Positions 32,717-42,504 of a stretch of DNA of 64,000 bases are shown one piece after another. The stretch comes from Actinomycetota bacterium (GTDB lineage: Bacteria; Actinomycetota; Actinomycetes; Actinomycetales; Microbacteriaceae), in contig JBEGRZ010000002.1 in the NCBI GenBank assembly GCA_041180115.1, positions 13,615-77,614 on the forward strand. The letters are read 5' to 3'. The notes under the pieces were generated by a model. The model had not been told where the DNA came from and ran no database searches. It worked only from the letters and a program-made list of their open reading frames with translations. Positions within the stretch are counted from its first letter, which is position 1; each line of letters begins with the position of its first letter. The position numbers were made by a program, and so were the translations under genes.

Positions 32717-34716
32717 TAGACCTGTTCCTTGTTATCAATCGCAGAGATAATTCGCGCCACGGCATCTGCCACAGGAATTCCGTTTTCCTGGCTTCCATCA
32801 CGGAATCGGAATGAAACAGCGCCTGCGGCGCGGTCGTCCTCGCCAGCAATCAGCATGAATGGCACGCGGTCCTTGGTGTGGTTACGAATCTTCTTCTGCA
32901 TGCGGTCGTCTGAGTCATCAACGGTAATGCGAACACCACGGCTACGAAGCTGATCAGCGATCGAGTGCATGTACTCGCTGTACTCATCCGCGATTGGAAT
33001 ACCAACCACCTGAACCGGCGCCAACCATGGAGGGAAGTGACCGGCATAGTGCTCGGTAAGAACACCAAAGAAACGCTCGATCGAACCAAAGAGAGCACGG
33101 TGAATCATCACCGGACGCTTAGCAGTTCCATCTGCCGCCGTGTATTCCAAGTCGAAGCGTTCAGGCAGGTTGAAGTCCAACTGAATCGTCGACATCTGCC
33201 AGGTACGGCCGATGGCATCGCGAGCCTGCACCGAAATCTTCGGACCATAGAAGGCAGCACCACCTGGATCTGGAACCAGTTCAAGGCCGGTCGCCGCAGC
33301 AACGCGTGCAAGAGTTCCGGTAGCACGTTCCCAAATCTCATCCGAACCAACAAACTTAGGGTTACCCTCGTCGCGAGTTGAAAGCTCAAGGTAGAAGTCT
33401 GTCAAACCATAGTCACGAAGCAAACCGAGCACGAAACCGATCACATCGGTAAGTTCCTGCTCCATATTTTCCTGAGTGACGAACAGGTGGGCGTCATCCT
33501 GGGTTAGACCGCGCACACGGGTCAAACCGTGAACCACACCACTCTTCTCGTAGCGGTAAACCGTACCGAACTCGAACATGCGAAGCGGAAGATCGCGGTA
33601 AGAGCGGTGTTGGTTCTTGTAAACCAAGATGTGGAACGGGCAGTTCATCGGCTTTAGGTAGTAATCCTGACCCTGCTTACGAACCACACCATCTTCGTCG
33701 ACTTCTTCGTCAAGCTTCATTGGAGGGAACATGCCGTCTGCATACCAGGCTAGGTGCCCTGAAGTTTCAAACAGGTTCGACTTGGTGATGTGTGGCGAGT
33801 AAACGAAGTCGTATCCGTTTTCCTCGTGGCGCTTACGGCTGTAATCCTCCATCACACGACGAATGATTCCGCCCTTGGGGTGGAACACAGCCAAGCCGGA
33901 ACCAATCTCCTCAGGGAACGAAAAAAGGTCAAGCTCTGCACCAATTCGTCGGTGGTCACGCTTAGCCGCTTCTTCCAAGCGCTCAAGATGAGCCTTGAGT
34001 TGATCCTTCGAAGGCCAAGCCGTTCCGTAAACACGCTGCAACTGCTTGTTGGCCTCGTTACCGCGCCAGTAGGCAGCAGCCGAACGCATCAACGAGTAAG
34101 CGTTACCAATCATTCGGGTGTTAGGCAGGTGTGGGCCTCGACAGAGGTCCTTCCAAACGGTCTCCCCGGTCTGCGGGTTCACGTTGTCATAAATAGTTAG
34201 CTCGCCAGCACCAACTTCGGCAGCGCCATCGCCAACCGCGTCGGAACCCTTCAAACCAATTAGTTCCAGCTTGTATGGCTCATTTGATAGCTCTACGCGG
34301 GCATCGACATCGTTGGTTACACGGCGCACAAAGCGCTGACCCGCACGAATAATGCGATCCATCTCTTTTTCAAGTTTCCGAAGATCTTCAGGGGTGAACG
34401 GATCAACAACATCGAAGTCATAGTAGAAGCCGTCTTTGATTGGAGGACCAATACCCAACTTCGCCTCAGGATTCACATTCTGAACAGCCTGGGCAAGCAC
34501 GTGAGCCGCTGAGTGACGAAGAATGTTCAAACCATCGGGTGAAGAAAGCTCAACGCCCTCCACTAGATCGTCAGCCGCAACAGTATGAGCCAAATCCTTG
34601 AGTTCACCATTCACGCGGAGCGCAACGACGCTCTTCGACTCGAATAGGTTGAAGCCAGTAGTTCCTGCTGCAACTTCTCGTGCAGCGCCATCTACGGTTA
34701 TCTTCAAATCACTCAT
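32716..34716 (-). CDS. thrS: threonine--tRNA ligase
   Basis: 666 aa. A TGS N-terminus, the editing-domain motif HSAAHVLA and the class II core ([30 protein letters not shown]) are present. Confidence 0.97.
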   Translation of the reverse strand: MSDLKITVDGAAREVAAGTTGFNLFESKSVVALRVNGELKDLAHTVAADDLVEGVELSSPDGLNILRHSAAHVLAQAVQNVNPEAKLGIGPPIKDGFYYDFDVVDPFTPEDLRKLEKEMDRIIRAGQRFVRRVTNDVDARVELSNEPYKLELIGLKGSDAVGDGAAEVGAGELTIYDNVNPQTGETVWKDLCRGPHLPNTRMIGNAYSLMRSAAAYWRGNEANKQLQRVYGTAWPSKDQLKAHLERLEEAAKRDHRRIGAELDLFSFPEEIGSGLAVFHPKGGIIRRVMEDYSRKRHEENGYDFVYSPHITKSNLFETSGHLAWYADGMFPPMKLDEEVDEDGVVRKQGQDYYLKPMNCPFHILVYKNQHRSYRDLPLRMFEFGTVYRYEKSGVVHGLTRVRGLTQDDAHLFVTQENMEQELTDVIGFVLGLLRDYGLTDFYLELSTRDEGNPKFVGSDEIWERATGTLARVAAATGLELVPDPGGAAFYGPKISVQARDAIGRTWQMSTIQLDFNLPERFDLEYTAADGTAKRPVMIHRALFGSIERFFGVLTEHYAGHFPPWLAPVQVVGIPIADEYSEYMHSIADQLRSRGVRITVDDSDDRMQKKIRNHTKDRVPFMLIAGEDDRAAGAVSFRFRDGSQENGIPVADAVARIISAIDNKEQV

Positions 34717-34789
34717 TTGACCATTCTAACCAGCGACATTTAGGTCTGCCTTAGTGGAGAAAACACTTTTTGTGGGGTTAAGTATTCAC

Positions 34790-35539
34790 ATGGCAAAGAC
34801 ACCCATCTACGAACACCAGATTGAGAACGAGATCATCGCCTCTGAAGAGTTTCAGAAAAATACGATGGCTCACAAACTCAACTGGCTTCGCGCTGGTGTG
34901 CTTGGGGCAAACGACGGCATCGTATCCACCGCAGGTCTAATCTTCGGTGTGGCCGGTGCAAAAGCGGATGGCAATGCCATCTTCATCGCCGGTGTGGCAG
35001 CTCTGGTTGCCGGTTCTATCTCTATGGCAGGCGGCGAATACACCTCGGTGAGCGCCCAGAAAGACAGCGAACTGGCTGCTATCGCCAAGGAACGTAAAGA
35101 ACTTAAAGAAAACCCAGAAGCCGAACTAAGAGAACTTGCCTGGTTCTATGAGCAAAAGGGAATGTCACCAAAACTTGCCAAGCAGGTTGCCGAAGAACTT
35201 ACCGCCAAGGATGCCCTTAAGGCTCACGCTGAAGCAGAACTCGGAATCTCCCACGACGAACATGTAAGCCCAACCGCAGCAGCAATCAGTTCCTTCTTCG
35301 CATTTGCAGCAGGGTCGCTTCTCCCACTTCTTACCGCCACTGCAACCCCTTGGGAAAATCTACGCATCCCGTTCACAATCGTTGCCGTGGTCGCCAGCCT
35401 CGGACTAACCGGTTACGTGGCCGCCAAGATCGGCGGCGCCAAGCCAATGCGCGCAATCATTCGCAATGTCTTCGTTTCGCTACTAACCATGGGCATCACC
35501 TATGGAATCGGCTACCTCGTAGGTACCAGCATCGCCTAA
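34790..35539 (+). CDS. VIT1/CCC1-family metal (Fe/Mn) transporter
   Basis: The [20 protein letters not shown] signature and C-terminal transmembrane helices are present. The ATG at 34790 (MAKTPIYEH) is preferred over the upstream GTG at 34754. Confidence 0.85.
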   Translation: MAKTPIYEHQIENEIIASEEFQKNTMAHKLNWLRAGVLGANDGIVSTAGLIFGVAGAKADGNAIFIAGVAALVAGSISMAGGEYTSVSAQKDSELAAIAKERKELKENPEAELRELAWFYEQKGMSPKLAKQVAEELTAKDALKAHAEAELGISHDEHVSPTAAAISSFFAFAAGSLLPLLTATATPWENLRIPFTIVAVVASLGLTGYVAAKIGGAKPMRAIIRNVFVSLLTMGITYGIGYLVGTSIA

Positions 35540-35562
35540 TTTCACGCAGTAAACTGAAACCC

Positions 35563-37005
35563 GTGACTGCGAAAAACTACGACGTTGTATTAATCGGCGG
35601 TGGCATCATGAGTGCCACGCTCGGCACTCTTCTTAAGGAACTCTCCCCTAACCTCAAAATCGCTCTTTTCGAGCGTCTTGACCAGGTAGCCCTCGAGAGC
35701 TCCAACCCTTGGAACAATGCTGGAACCGGCCACGCAGCCCTCTGTGAACTCAATTACATGCCGAACCCTGAAGACCCTGCGAAGGCAATTCAGATTAACG
35801 AGCAGTTCCAGCTTTCCCGTCAACTTTGGTCCTACCTTGTAACCAAGAAGGTACTAAAAGATCCAAAGACGTTCATCAACTCCACCCCTCACATGACTTA
35901 TGTGAAGGGCGAGAAGGATGTTGCCTATCTTCAGAAGCGATATGAAACCCTAAAGAATGAACCGCTGTTCTCAGGGATCGAGTTTTCAACCGACCACAAG
36001 CAGATCGCCAAGTGGACGCCCCTAATCATCGACGGCCGCGACCCTAAGCAAAAGATCGCAGCCACCAGAATTGAATCGGGCACCGACGTCGACTTCGGTG
36101 CCGTTACCAACCAGCTAATCGATCACCTGAAGGATTACGGCGTTGAGATTCACACCAGCACCGAAATCAATGGACTAGTGAAAACTCGTAACGGCTGGCT
36201 ACTCAACCACAAGGGCGGTCAGGCTCACGCGAAGTTCGTATTCGTTGGCGCTGGCGGCTGGGCGCTAAAGATGCTTCAGAAGGCGGGAATCCCTGAAGCC
36301 AAGGGTTACGGCACCTTCCCAGTGTCAGGGGCCTTCCTAAAGACCACAAACCCAGACGTTGTGAAGAAGCACCAGGCTAAGGTCTACAGCCAGGCCGCCG
36401 TGGGAGCTCCACCAATGTCTGTTCCTCACCTAGACACCCGCGTCGTAAACGGCGAAGCCAGCCTACTATTCGGGCCTTACGCCGGACTCAACTTCAAATT
36501 CCTAAAATTTGGTTCGCTCTTCGACTTACCGCTTTCGGTACGTTTTGCAAACATCATCCCTTACCTTTCTGTAGCAGTAAGCAACCTAGGCCTAATCAAG
36601 TACCTAGTCACCGAGGTAACCAAGTCAAAGAAGAAGAAGTTCGAATCACTTCAAGACTTCGTGCCAAAAGCAAACCCTAAGGATTGGGAACTCATCGTTG
36701 CCGGCCAGCGCGCCCAGGTAATCAAAAAGGACACCAAGAAGGGCGGAATCCTTCAGTTCGGGACTGAAGTGGTCTCGTCAGCCGACGGCAGCATCGCAGG
36801 CTTACTTGGAGCCTCCCCTGGCGCCTCAACTGCCGTCTACATCATGATCGAAGTACTGAAGAAGGCCTACCCAGACCAGTTCAAGGAATGGGAACCAAAA
36901 CTAAAGAAGATGATTCCGTCCTACGGTAAGTCTCTGAACAAAGACGCTAAAGCGGCAAAGACATCGCTCGAAGCAACGGCGAAGACGTTGCAGCTCAAGG
37001 CATAG
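35563..37005 (+). CDS. mqo: malate:quinone oxidoreductase
   Basis: The GTG at 35563 gives [21 protein letters not shown] (FAD fold) and a ~480-aa Mqo-like protein ([15 protein letters not shown]). The 71 codons upstream in the ORF track are a shadow of the VIT gene 3' end. Confidence 0.92.
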   Translation: MTAKNYDVVLIGGGIMSATLGTLLKELSPNLKIALFERLDQVALESSNPWNNAGTGHAALCELNYMPNPEDPAKAIQINEQFQLSRQLWSYLVTKKVLKDPKTFINSTPHMTYVKGEKDVAYLQKRYETLKNEPLFSGIEFSTDHKQIAKWTPLIIDGRDPKQKIAATRIESGTDVDFGAVTNQLIDHLKDYGVEIHTSTEINGLVKTRNGWLLNHKGGQAHAKFVFVGAGGWALKMLQKAGIPEAKGYGTFPVSGAFLKTTNPDVVKKHQAKVYSQAAVGAPPMSVPHLDTRVVNGEASLLFGPYAGLNFKFLKFGSLFDLPLSVRFANIIPYLSVAVSNLGLIKYLVTEVTKSKKKKFESLQDFVPKANPKDWELIVAGQRAQVIKKDTKKGGILQFGTEVVSSADGSIAGLLGASPGASTAVYIMIEVLKKAYPDQFKEWEPKLKKMIPSYGKSLNKDAKAAKTSLEATAKTLQLKA

Positions 37006-37014
37006 TTTAAATAG

Positions 37015-37050
37015 AAAAGCCCCGAGAAATCTCTCGGGGCTTTTCTATTT
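37015..37050. terminator. bidirectional intrinsic terminator shared by mqo and the tRNA cluster
   Basis: A perfect 9-bp GC-rich stem GCCCCGAGA/TCTCGGGGC (37019-37027 / 37032-37040) encloses the loop AATC. An A-tract lies on the left and TTTTCTATTT on the right. It sits 10 nt after the mqo stop and abuts the tRNA-Val 3' end. Confidence 0.7.
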
Positions 37051-37124
37051 GGTGGTCGTAACTGGGATCGAACCAGTGACCCCTTCCATGTCAAGGAAGT
37101 GCGCTACCGCTGCGCCATACGACC
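37050..37124 (-). tRNA. tRNA-Val (anticodon GAC), CCA encoded
   Basis: The reverse complement is GGTCGTATGGCGCAGCGGTAGCGCACTTCCTTGACATGGAAGGGGTCACTGGTTCGATCCCAGTTACGACCACCA. It folds as a full cloverleaf: acceptor GGTCGTA/TACGACC, anticodon stem CTTCC/GGAAG with loop TTGACAT, and a TTCGATC T-loop. Confidence 0.9.
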
Positions 37125-37141
37125 GGGTCTTTTTGTTTTTG

Positions 37142-37216
37142 AGGTGGAGACGGGATTTGAACCCGTGGTTTTACAGCTTTGCAGGCTGCTGCTTTGGGCC
37201 GCTCAGCCACTCCACC
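37142..37216 (-). tRNA. tRNA-Cys (anticodon GCA)
   Basis: The reverse complement is GGTGGAGTGGCTGAGCGG...GCAGCCTGCAAAGCTGT...ACGGGTTCAAATCCCGTCTCCACC. The acceptor is GGTGGAG/CTCCACC, the anticodon loop is CTGCAAA and the T-arm is ACGGG/CCCGT. The exact ends are approximate. Confidence 0.8.
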
Positions 37217-37236
37217 GTGTTACAGCAGCTGCTGTG

Positions 37237-37309
37237 AGCGGATGACGAGATTCGAACTCGCGACCCCAACCTTGGCAAGGTTGTGCTCTACCAACTGAGC
37301 CACATCCGC
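37237..37309 (-). tRNA. tRNA-Gly (anticodon GCC)
   Basis: The reverse complement is GCGGATGTGGCTCAGTTGGTAGAGCACAACCTTGCCAAGGTTGGGGTCGCGAGTTCGAATCTCGTCATCCGCT. It forms a complete cloverleaf with anticodon loop TTGCCAA. Confidence 0.9.
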
Positions 37310-37333
37310 GTGCTGCGTCGAAAACGCAACTTA

Positions 37334-37363
37334 GAAAGGATAACCCATTTGGGTTACCTTTCG
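37334..37363 (-). terminator. stem-loop after the amt pair (probable terminator)
   Basis: The minus strand reads GAAAGGTAACCCAAATGGGTTATCCTTTC, a ~12-bp stem with one bulged T. It starts 9 nt after the amt stop. The T-run (GCGTTTTCG) is displaced ~10 nt downstream, so this is not a textbook terminator. Confidence 0.4.
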
Positions 37364-37371
37364 CAACAACC

Positions 37372-38658
37372 CTAGTCTTTCCATAACCAACGTGGATCCG
37401 ATTCACCGTAAGCCGACTGTCCGTGGAGTACGGAATCCACTCCAGCTAACTCGGCTGCGCTGTGAACTCGGAAGCCGATTGTCTTCTCAATCGCAATTGC
37501 GATTAAGTAGGAGGCTCCAAATGAGAACAGTCCTACTACAGCCACACCAATGAATTGCTTGAAGAGTTGAGAAGGGTCACCCGTTAGCAAGAGGCCAACG
37601 TTTACGTTCCCGACGTTTCCGACGAGTCCGATGAAAAGTGTGCCAACAATTCCGCCGACTAGGTGAATACCCACAACATCCAGGGAGTCGTCAAAGTTGA
37701 GAAGGTATTTCCACTCGATAGCCATAGCGCAAATGACACCCACAAATAGCCCAAGCACCAAGGCCCAGATTGGCGAGAGGAATGCGCAAGACGGAGTGAT
37801 GGCGACCATGCCTGCAACGGCGCCAGAGCCAGCTCCAACGGCTGTTGGCTTACCGTGCTTGATCCGTTCGAAGATCGCCCACGAGAGGAGGCCTCCGACA
37901 CCGGCAGCAAAAGTATTGATAAATGCCAATGAAGCAACGCCGTCGGCTGCTAGTTCACTTCCAGCATTGAAACCAAACCAACCGAACCAAAGAATACCGA
38001 CACCGATAAGTGTGAGCGGAACATTGTGCGGGGCATGCATACCCTTGGTGAATCCAAAGCGCTTACCGAGGACGATGGCCAGGGCAAGGGCTGATGCTCC
38101 CGACGCGATTTCGACTACGGTTCCACCGGCAAAATCCAATAGACCCACATCTTTCACGAGCCAGCCGCCATCGACGATCTTGCCAGAGTCGTCCAAAGTG
38201 AAATTGAAAACCCAGCTTGCTGTTGGGAAATATACGATCGTTGCCCAGATACCTGCAAATACCATCCAGGCACCAAACTTGGCACGGTCGGCAATCGCTC
38301 CAGAAATTAGAGCCACAGTGATGATTGCAAAGGTTCCCTGGAAGCCGGCAAACGCAAGTGGGGTCTGATTTTCCTTGGTGAGTTCACTGACTAACCCATT
38401 TAACCCGAGCTGGTTCAGGTCAATCCCTAGCACGCCGTCGATGCCGACGAAATTACCGACACCAGCGTTACCAAAGCTGATCGCGTAACCGAAGAGAACC
38501 CAGATGGTGCCAATCAACGCGATTGAGCCGAAGCTCATCATAATCATGGAGACAACCGAGGATGCGCGAACTAGACCTCCGTAGAAAAAGGCTAGACCGG
38601 GCGTCATGAACAGTACTAGCGCCCCACAGATTACAAGGAACAGTGTCTGGTCATCCAT
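37372..38658 (-). CDS. amt: ammonium transporter (Amt family), Glu-His pore variant
   Basis: The ATG at 38658 is preceded by AAAGGAG and gives MDDQTLFLVICGALVLFMTPGLAFFYGG. Amt signatures present are GAIADRAKF, FGWFGFNAGS and DDSLDVVGIHLVGG. The first twin-His position reads DFAGGTVVEIASG, with Glu at nt 38110-38112. Confidence 0.92.
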   Translation of the reverse strand: MDDQTLFLVICGALVLFMTPGLAFFYGGLVRASSVVSMIMMSFGSIALIGTIWVLFGYAISFGNAGVGNFVGIDGVLGIDLNQLGLNGLVSELTKENQTPLAFAGFQGTFAIITVALISGAIADRAKFGAWMVFAGIWATIVYFPTASWVFNFTLDDSGKIVDGGWLVKDVGLLDFAGGTVVEIASGASALALAIVLGKRFGFTKGMHAPHNVPLTLIGVGILWFGWFGFNAGSELAADGVASLAFINTFAAGVGGLLSWAIFERIKHGKPTAVGAGSGAVAGMVAITPSCAFLSPIWALVLGLFVGVICAMAIEWKYLLNFDDSLDVVGIHLVGGIVGTLFIGLVGNVGNVNVGLLLTGDPSQLFKQFIGVAVVGLFSFGASYLIAIAIEKTIGFRVHSAAELAGVDSVLHGQSAYGESDPRWLWKD

Positions 38659-38680
38659 TGAAACTCCTTTCACGCACCAA

Positions 38681-38708
38681 TCGGAAGGAGCCATTTGGCC
38701 CCTCCCGA
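38681..38708 (-). promoter_or_regulatory. intercistronic 12-bp stem-loop between the two amt genes
   Basis: The minus strand reads UCGGGAGGGGCC-AAAU-GGCUCCUUCCGA, with 12 pairs including two G-U. It lies 20 nt after the upstream amt stop and 22 nt before the downstream amt start. No U-tract follows. Confidence 0.45.
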
Positions 38709-38728
38709 AAGGTTAGTTAGATATTTAC

Positions 38729-39997
38729 TTAGCCGCGGTCAGCTCCGAAAGCATATGCCTCTTCGCCGTGAACCACGGTGTCGATTCCCGCAATTTCATC
38801 TTCAGCCTTTACACGGAATCCGATGATCTTATCGATTGCGAACCCGATGATTAGCGAAAGCACGAAGCTGTAGATGAGAACCGAGAACGCTCCGACCGCC
38901 TGAGCGTAAAGCTGGTTCCAACCGAAACCGAAAGCTGCGCCAACACCGGTACCGAAGAAACCGATGAAGAGTGTTCCGGTTAGGCCACCAACGAGGTGGA
39001 TACCTACAACATCTAGCGAGTCATCGAATCCGAAGTTGAACTTCAGGTCAACGGCGAGGGCACAAAGGATACCTGCAATTACACCCAGAACGATGGCCCA
39101 GAGCGGAGTCAGAGCGGCACATGCTGGGGTGATCGCAACTAGACCGGCTACCGCACCAGAGGCTGCACCAATTGAGGTGGCTTTTCCGTGACGGATCTTC
39201 TCAACTGCAATCCAACCAAGCATTGCTGCTGCAGGTGCTGCCAGGGTGTTCACAAAGGCTAGAGCTGCGATGCCATCGGCGCGTACCTCAGAACCAGCAT
39301 TGAATCCGAACCAGCCGAACCAAAGTAGCGCGGTGCCAAGCAGAGTCAACGGTACGTTGTGTGGCTGCGTGATTCCCTTGCTGAAACCGAATCGCTTACC
39401 AAGAACGATGGCCAGCGCTAGACCTGCGGCACCAGCGTTGATGTGAACTGCAGTTCCACCGGCGAAGTCGATCGCCCCTAGACCGTAAACGATCCAGCCA
39501 CCGTCAACAACTTTGCCATCGGCAGCAGTGAAGTTGAAGACCCAGTTAGCAACTGGGAAGTAAACGACAGTTGCCCAAATGCCAGCAAAAACCATCCAGG
39601 CACCAAACTTTGCGCGGTCCGCGATAGCTCCAGAAATTAGAGCAACAGTGATGATTGCGAAGGTTGCTTGGAAGGCTACGAAAGCGAGACTTGGGTAATC
39701 TCCGGTTGGAGCTAACGCATCTTGAACCTGAGCACCGAGACCGATGAAACTGGTGTCGATTCCGAACCAGCCGTCGATTCCATAAAAGGTTTCAGAGCCA
39801 GCGTTTGCGAAGGCAATCGCATAGCCATATAGAACCCAGAGGACTCCGATGAGTCCAAGGGAGCCAAAACTTAGCATCATCATGCTGACCACGCTCTTGG
39901 CCTTAACCATTCCGCCATAGAAGAATGCGAGACCTGGAGTCATGAGCAAAACAAGTGCTGCGCTAATGAGTACGAATGCGGTATTTCCTTGATCCAT
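38729..39997 (-). CDS. amt: ammonium transporter (Amt family), canonical twin-His
   Basis: 422 aa. MDQGNTAFVLISAALVLLMTPGLAFFYGG, DFAGGTAVHINAG (first His), GIHLVGG (second His) and FGWFGFNAGS are present. Confidence 0.95.
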   Translation of the reverse strand: MDQGNTAFVLISAALVLLMTPGLAFFYGGMVKAKSVVSMMMLSFGSLGLIGVLWVLYGYAIAFANAGSETFYGIDGWFGIDTSFIGLGAQVQDALAPTGDYPSLAFVAFQATFAIITVALISGAIADRAKFGAWMVFAGIWATVVYFPVANWVFNFTAADGKVVDGGWIVYGLGAIDFAGGTAVHINAGAAGLALAIVLGKRFGFSKGITQPHNVPLTLLGTALLWFGWFGFNAGSEVRADGIAALAFVNTLAAPAAAMLGWIAVEKIRHGKATSIGAASGAVAGLVAITPACAALTPLWAIVLGVIAGILCALAVDLKFNFGFDDSLDVVGIHLVGGLTGTLFIGFFGTGVGAAFGFGWNQLYAQAVGAFSVLIYSFVLSLIIGFAIDKIIGFRVKAEDEIAGIDTVVHGEEAYAFGADRG

Positions 39998-40057
39998 TTG
40001 TTTACCTCTCTCTTTGAAAACAAATGCACACGTCGTTGGGTACAGGAATAGTCAAGC

Positions 40058-40105
40058 GAAACAAAGTTTCAGGAAAGGGCGTGATTGTGTTTCGTGTTTG
40101 TAAAC
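40058..40105 (-). promoter_or_regulatory. candidate GlnR-type operator upstream of the amt pair
   Basis: Read on the minus strand, TTTAC-aaacac-GAAAC (40105-40089) fits the actinobacterial GlnR box gTnAc-n6-GaAAc. A GAAAC-ttt-GTTTC palindrome lies at 40070-40058. Both are 60-110 nt upstream of the amt start. This is a motif match only. Confidence 0.3.
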
Positions 40106-40107
40106 AA

Positions 40108-41112
40108 TTAGGCGCTAAGAGCGCCGAGGCGAGATACAGCTCTCAGGTATTTCTTGCGGTAGCCGCCTTCTAGGAATACTTCAGGGAATATTTCGGTGAG
40201 CGGCTTGCCAGTTCCTCGCATCTGAATCTGAAGTTCGTAGGCTCGGTCTACGAAGGTAACAAAGCGCAAGGCGTCGTTTTGGTCTTTTAGATCGTGAACA
40301 CCCAGGAGTACAAGTTTTTCGTCGCCCGTGAGAAGTTTTCCATACAGCGCCGGGTGAACTGTGCTGAGTTTCTTAAGGAGTTTGTCGAAGTCGGCTGCGG
40401 CCGTTTCACCATTTACCCAGGCACCTAGCTCCTCTGTTGTGTAGCTAATGCCGTGAGCGTCTACCGGGCGATGTCGGAAGTCTTCGCCGTCGACTCGAAG
40501 CATTAGGAACTGGCGACCAATTCCGAGAATTTCGCGCTGGAAATCGGCTGCAGCGAAACGCCCTTCACCTAGCGCGTTTGGAGGCGTGTTTGAGGTCGCA
40601 GCAAACTTGGTGCCCTTTTGAGAGAGTTCATTGAGTAGTCGCGACATGATCATGGTGTTACCCGGATCATCAAGTTCGAATTCGTCAATGCACAACAGCG
40701 AGTATTTGCCTAATTCTTCAAGTGCGTTTGCGAACCCAAGTGCCCCAATCAGGCTGGTATAGGCCATGAACGAGCCGAAAAGTTTGGAGCCCTTGTAGCT
40801 GTGATACATCGCGGCTAACAAGTGAGTCTTACCTACACCGAAGCCTCCATCGAGATATAGACCTGGTGCGTCCAACTTGTTCTTCTTGCCAAACAGACCA
40901 CGTTTGGTTGCACCAACGAAGTCAGACGCCGCGTCTCTGGCTTCGGTTTGTGAAGGAAAGTTTTGATCCGGTCGGTAGTTACCGAAGCTGGAGGTCTCAA
41001 ATTCCCTAGGCGGGAACAATTCTCTGATTAGTTCGCTAGGAACAATTTCCGGATTACGAGCACAAATGTCGTCGCAGTTCTGAAAAATTGTTTCCAATTG
41101 TGACCGAGCCAT
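40108..41112 (-). CDS. zapE: cell division protein ZapE (AFG1-like ATPase)
   Basis: 334 aa with P-loop [14 protein letters not shown] and Walker [12 protein letters not shown]. Confidence 0.88.
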   Translation of the reverse strand: MARSQLETIFQNCDDICARNPEIVPSELIRELFPPREFETSSFGNYRPDQNFPSQTEARDAASDFVGATKRGLFGKKNKLDAPGLYLDGGFGVGKTHLLAAMYHSYKGSKLFGSFMAYTSLIGALGFANALEELGKYSLLCIDEFELDDPGNTMIMSRLLNELSQKGTKFAATSNTPPNALGEGRFAAADFQREILGIGRQFLMLRVDGEDFRHRPVDAHGISYTTEELGAWVNGETAAADFDKLLKKLSTVHPALYGKLLTGDEKLVLLGVHDLKDQNDALRFVTFVDRAYELQIQMRGTGKPLTEIFPEVFLEGGYRKKYLRAVSRLGALSA

Positions 41113-41182
41113 TTCGATTAGCGAGCGAATGAATTACCCTTGGTATAGGGCTCTAAATAGCCTAACGAACGGAAAGCGACAA

Positions 41183-42079
41183 ATGACTCTTGCACTAGAT
41201 AACAACGCAAAATTTGGCGACTATGCACACCCTGAGGTTCTAGTTTCGGGTGAATGGCTGGAAGCGAACCTCGGTCACCCGAACCTCGTTGTTGTTGAAT
41301 CAGACGAAGACGTTCTGCTTTACGAAGTAAGCCACATTCCTGGGGCAGTGAAGATTGACTGGCACACCGACCTCAACCAGCCGGTAGTTCGTGACTACCT
41401 AGATGGCGAAGATTTTGCTGCTCTAATGAAGCGCTCGGGAATCAAGCGCGACTCGACCGTTGTAATCTACGGCGATGCCAGCAACTGGTGGGCTTCCTAC
41501 GCTCTATGGGTTTTCAAGCTTTTCGGTCACGCCGATGTTCGCCTACTAGATGGCGGCCGTGAGAAGTGGATTGCAGATGGTCGCACAGTCACCAAGGAAG
41601 CGCCTTCGGTTACTCCATCTGACTACCCAGTAATTGAACGTGACGATGTTACTGACCGGGCGTTCCGCGACCAGGTTGCAGCTCACATTGGTCAGCCGAT
41701 GGTAGATGTTCGCTCCCCTCAGGAATACTCTGGTGAGCGCACCCACATGCCTAACTACCCTCAGGAAGGCGCTCTTCGAGCAGGCCACATTCCTGGAGCG
41801 CACTCGGTTCCTTGGGCTCGTGCCGCAAACGAAGACAAGACATTCAAGAGCCGCGCCGAGCTAGAGGCAATCTACCTACAGGAAAAGGGTTTGAAGGCCG
41901 ATGACAATGTGATCGCTTACTGCCGCATTGGAGAGCGTTCGAGCCACACCTGGTTTGTTTTGAAATATCTACTTGGCTTCACCAAGGTCCGTAACTACGA
42001 CGGCTCATGGACCGAGTGGGGCAGCCTGGTTGGCGCGCCAATCGTTCGTGGCGAAGAGCCAGGTGTTTTCGCCCGCTAA
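41183..42079 (+). CDS. sseA: thiosulfate/3-mercaptopyruvate sulfurtransferase (tandem rhodanese)
   Basis: The ATG at 41183 ([26 protein letters not shown]) gives ~298 aa. The active-site loop [10 protein letters not shown] is present. The upstream 18 codons of the ORF track are unlikely to be translated. Confidence 0.9.
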   Translation: MTLALDNNAKFGDYAHPEVLVSGEWLEANLGHPNLVVVESDEDVLLYEVSHIPGAVKIDWHTDLNQPVVRDYLDGEDFAALMKRSGIKRDSTVVIYGDASNWWASYALWVFKLFGHADVRLLDGGREKWIADGRTVTKEAPSVTPSDYPVIERDDVTDRAFRDQVAAHIGQPMVDVRSPQEYSGERTHMPNYPQEGALRAGHIPGAHSVPWARAANEDKTFKSRAELEAIYLQEKGLKADDNVIAYCRIGERSSHTWFVLKYLLGFTKVRNYDGSWTEWGSLVGAPIVRGEEPGVFAR

Positions 42080-42504
42080 TGAGTTCGGTAGAGAGCAAAC
42101 TTCAAGAGCTAAGTGAAGACTTCGCGGCGCTTGGCGTACGCGACAGGCTCACGCTTCTTCTCGAGATTGCTGGTGAACTACCTTCACTCCCGGCACGATA
42201 CGCAGATCACCCTGACTTGCTTGAGCGCGTGGAGGAATGCCAATCGCCTGTTTACCTTTTCGTTGAGGTGAACGATGGCGTTGTGAAAATCTTCCTCACC
42301 GCGCCAGAAGAGGCGCCAACTACCAGAGGCTTTGCAAGTATTCTGCACCAACTTTTGGATGGTCACACCGTTGATGAAGTTCTTACATCTCCAGAAGACA
42401 TCCCCGACCGCCTGCACCTTAGTGAAGCCGTATCGCTTTTAAGGATCAACGGATTACGAGGAATGCTCAACCGCATCAAGCGACAGGTTCGCGAGAAGTC
42501 CTAA
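42079..42504 (+). CDS. sufE: SufE-like sulfur acceptor protein
   Basis: The ATG at 42079 overlaps the sseA stop (TAATG). The 141-aa product has a SufE-like core with the conserved Cys in VEECQSPVYLF. Confidence 0.85.
   Translation: MSSVESKLQELSEDFAALGVRDRLTLLLEIAGELPSLPARYADHPDLLERVEECQSPVYLFVEVNDGVVKIFLTAPEEAPTTRGFASILHQLLDGHTVDEVLTSPEDIPDRLHLSEAVSLLRINGLRGMLNRIKRQVREKS

Noticed and set aside
35350-35562. N-terminal extensions of track ORFs: mqo from 35350, ruvX to 15085, rpsD to 18799, pyrF to 1174, sseA from 41129, sufE from 42007, amt to 38694, and DUF3710 to 50727
   Set aside because: The extensions overlap the upstream gene in another frame and have Arg-rich nonsense composition. Internal starts with Shine-Dalgarno sequences reproduce the canonical family N-termini.
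37049-37406. ORFs of 62 and 67 aa overlapping the tRNA cluster
   Set aside because: The region folds into three complete tRNA cloverleaves (Val-GAC, Cys-GCA, Gly-GCC). These ORFs are coincidental.
34717-40107. Possible genomic island next to the tRNA cluster (VIT, mqo and amt x2 interrupt the long minus-strand run)
   Set aside because: I found no integrase, transposase, direct repeat of a tRNA 3' end, or visible compositional break. The contents are ordinary metabolic and transport genes.
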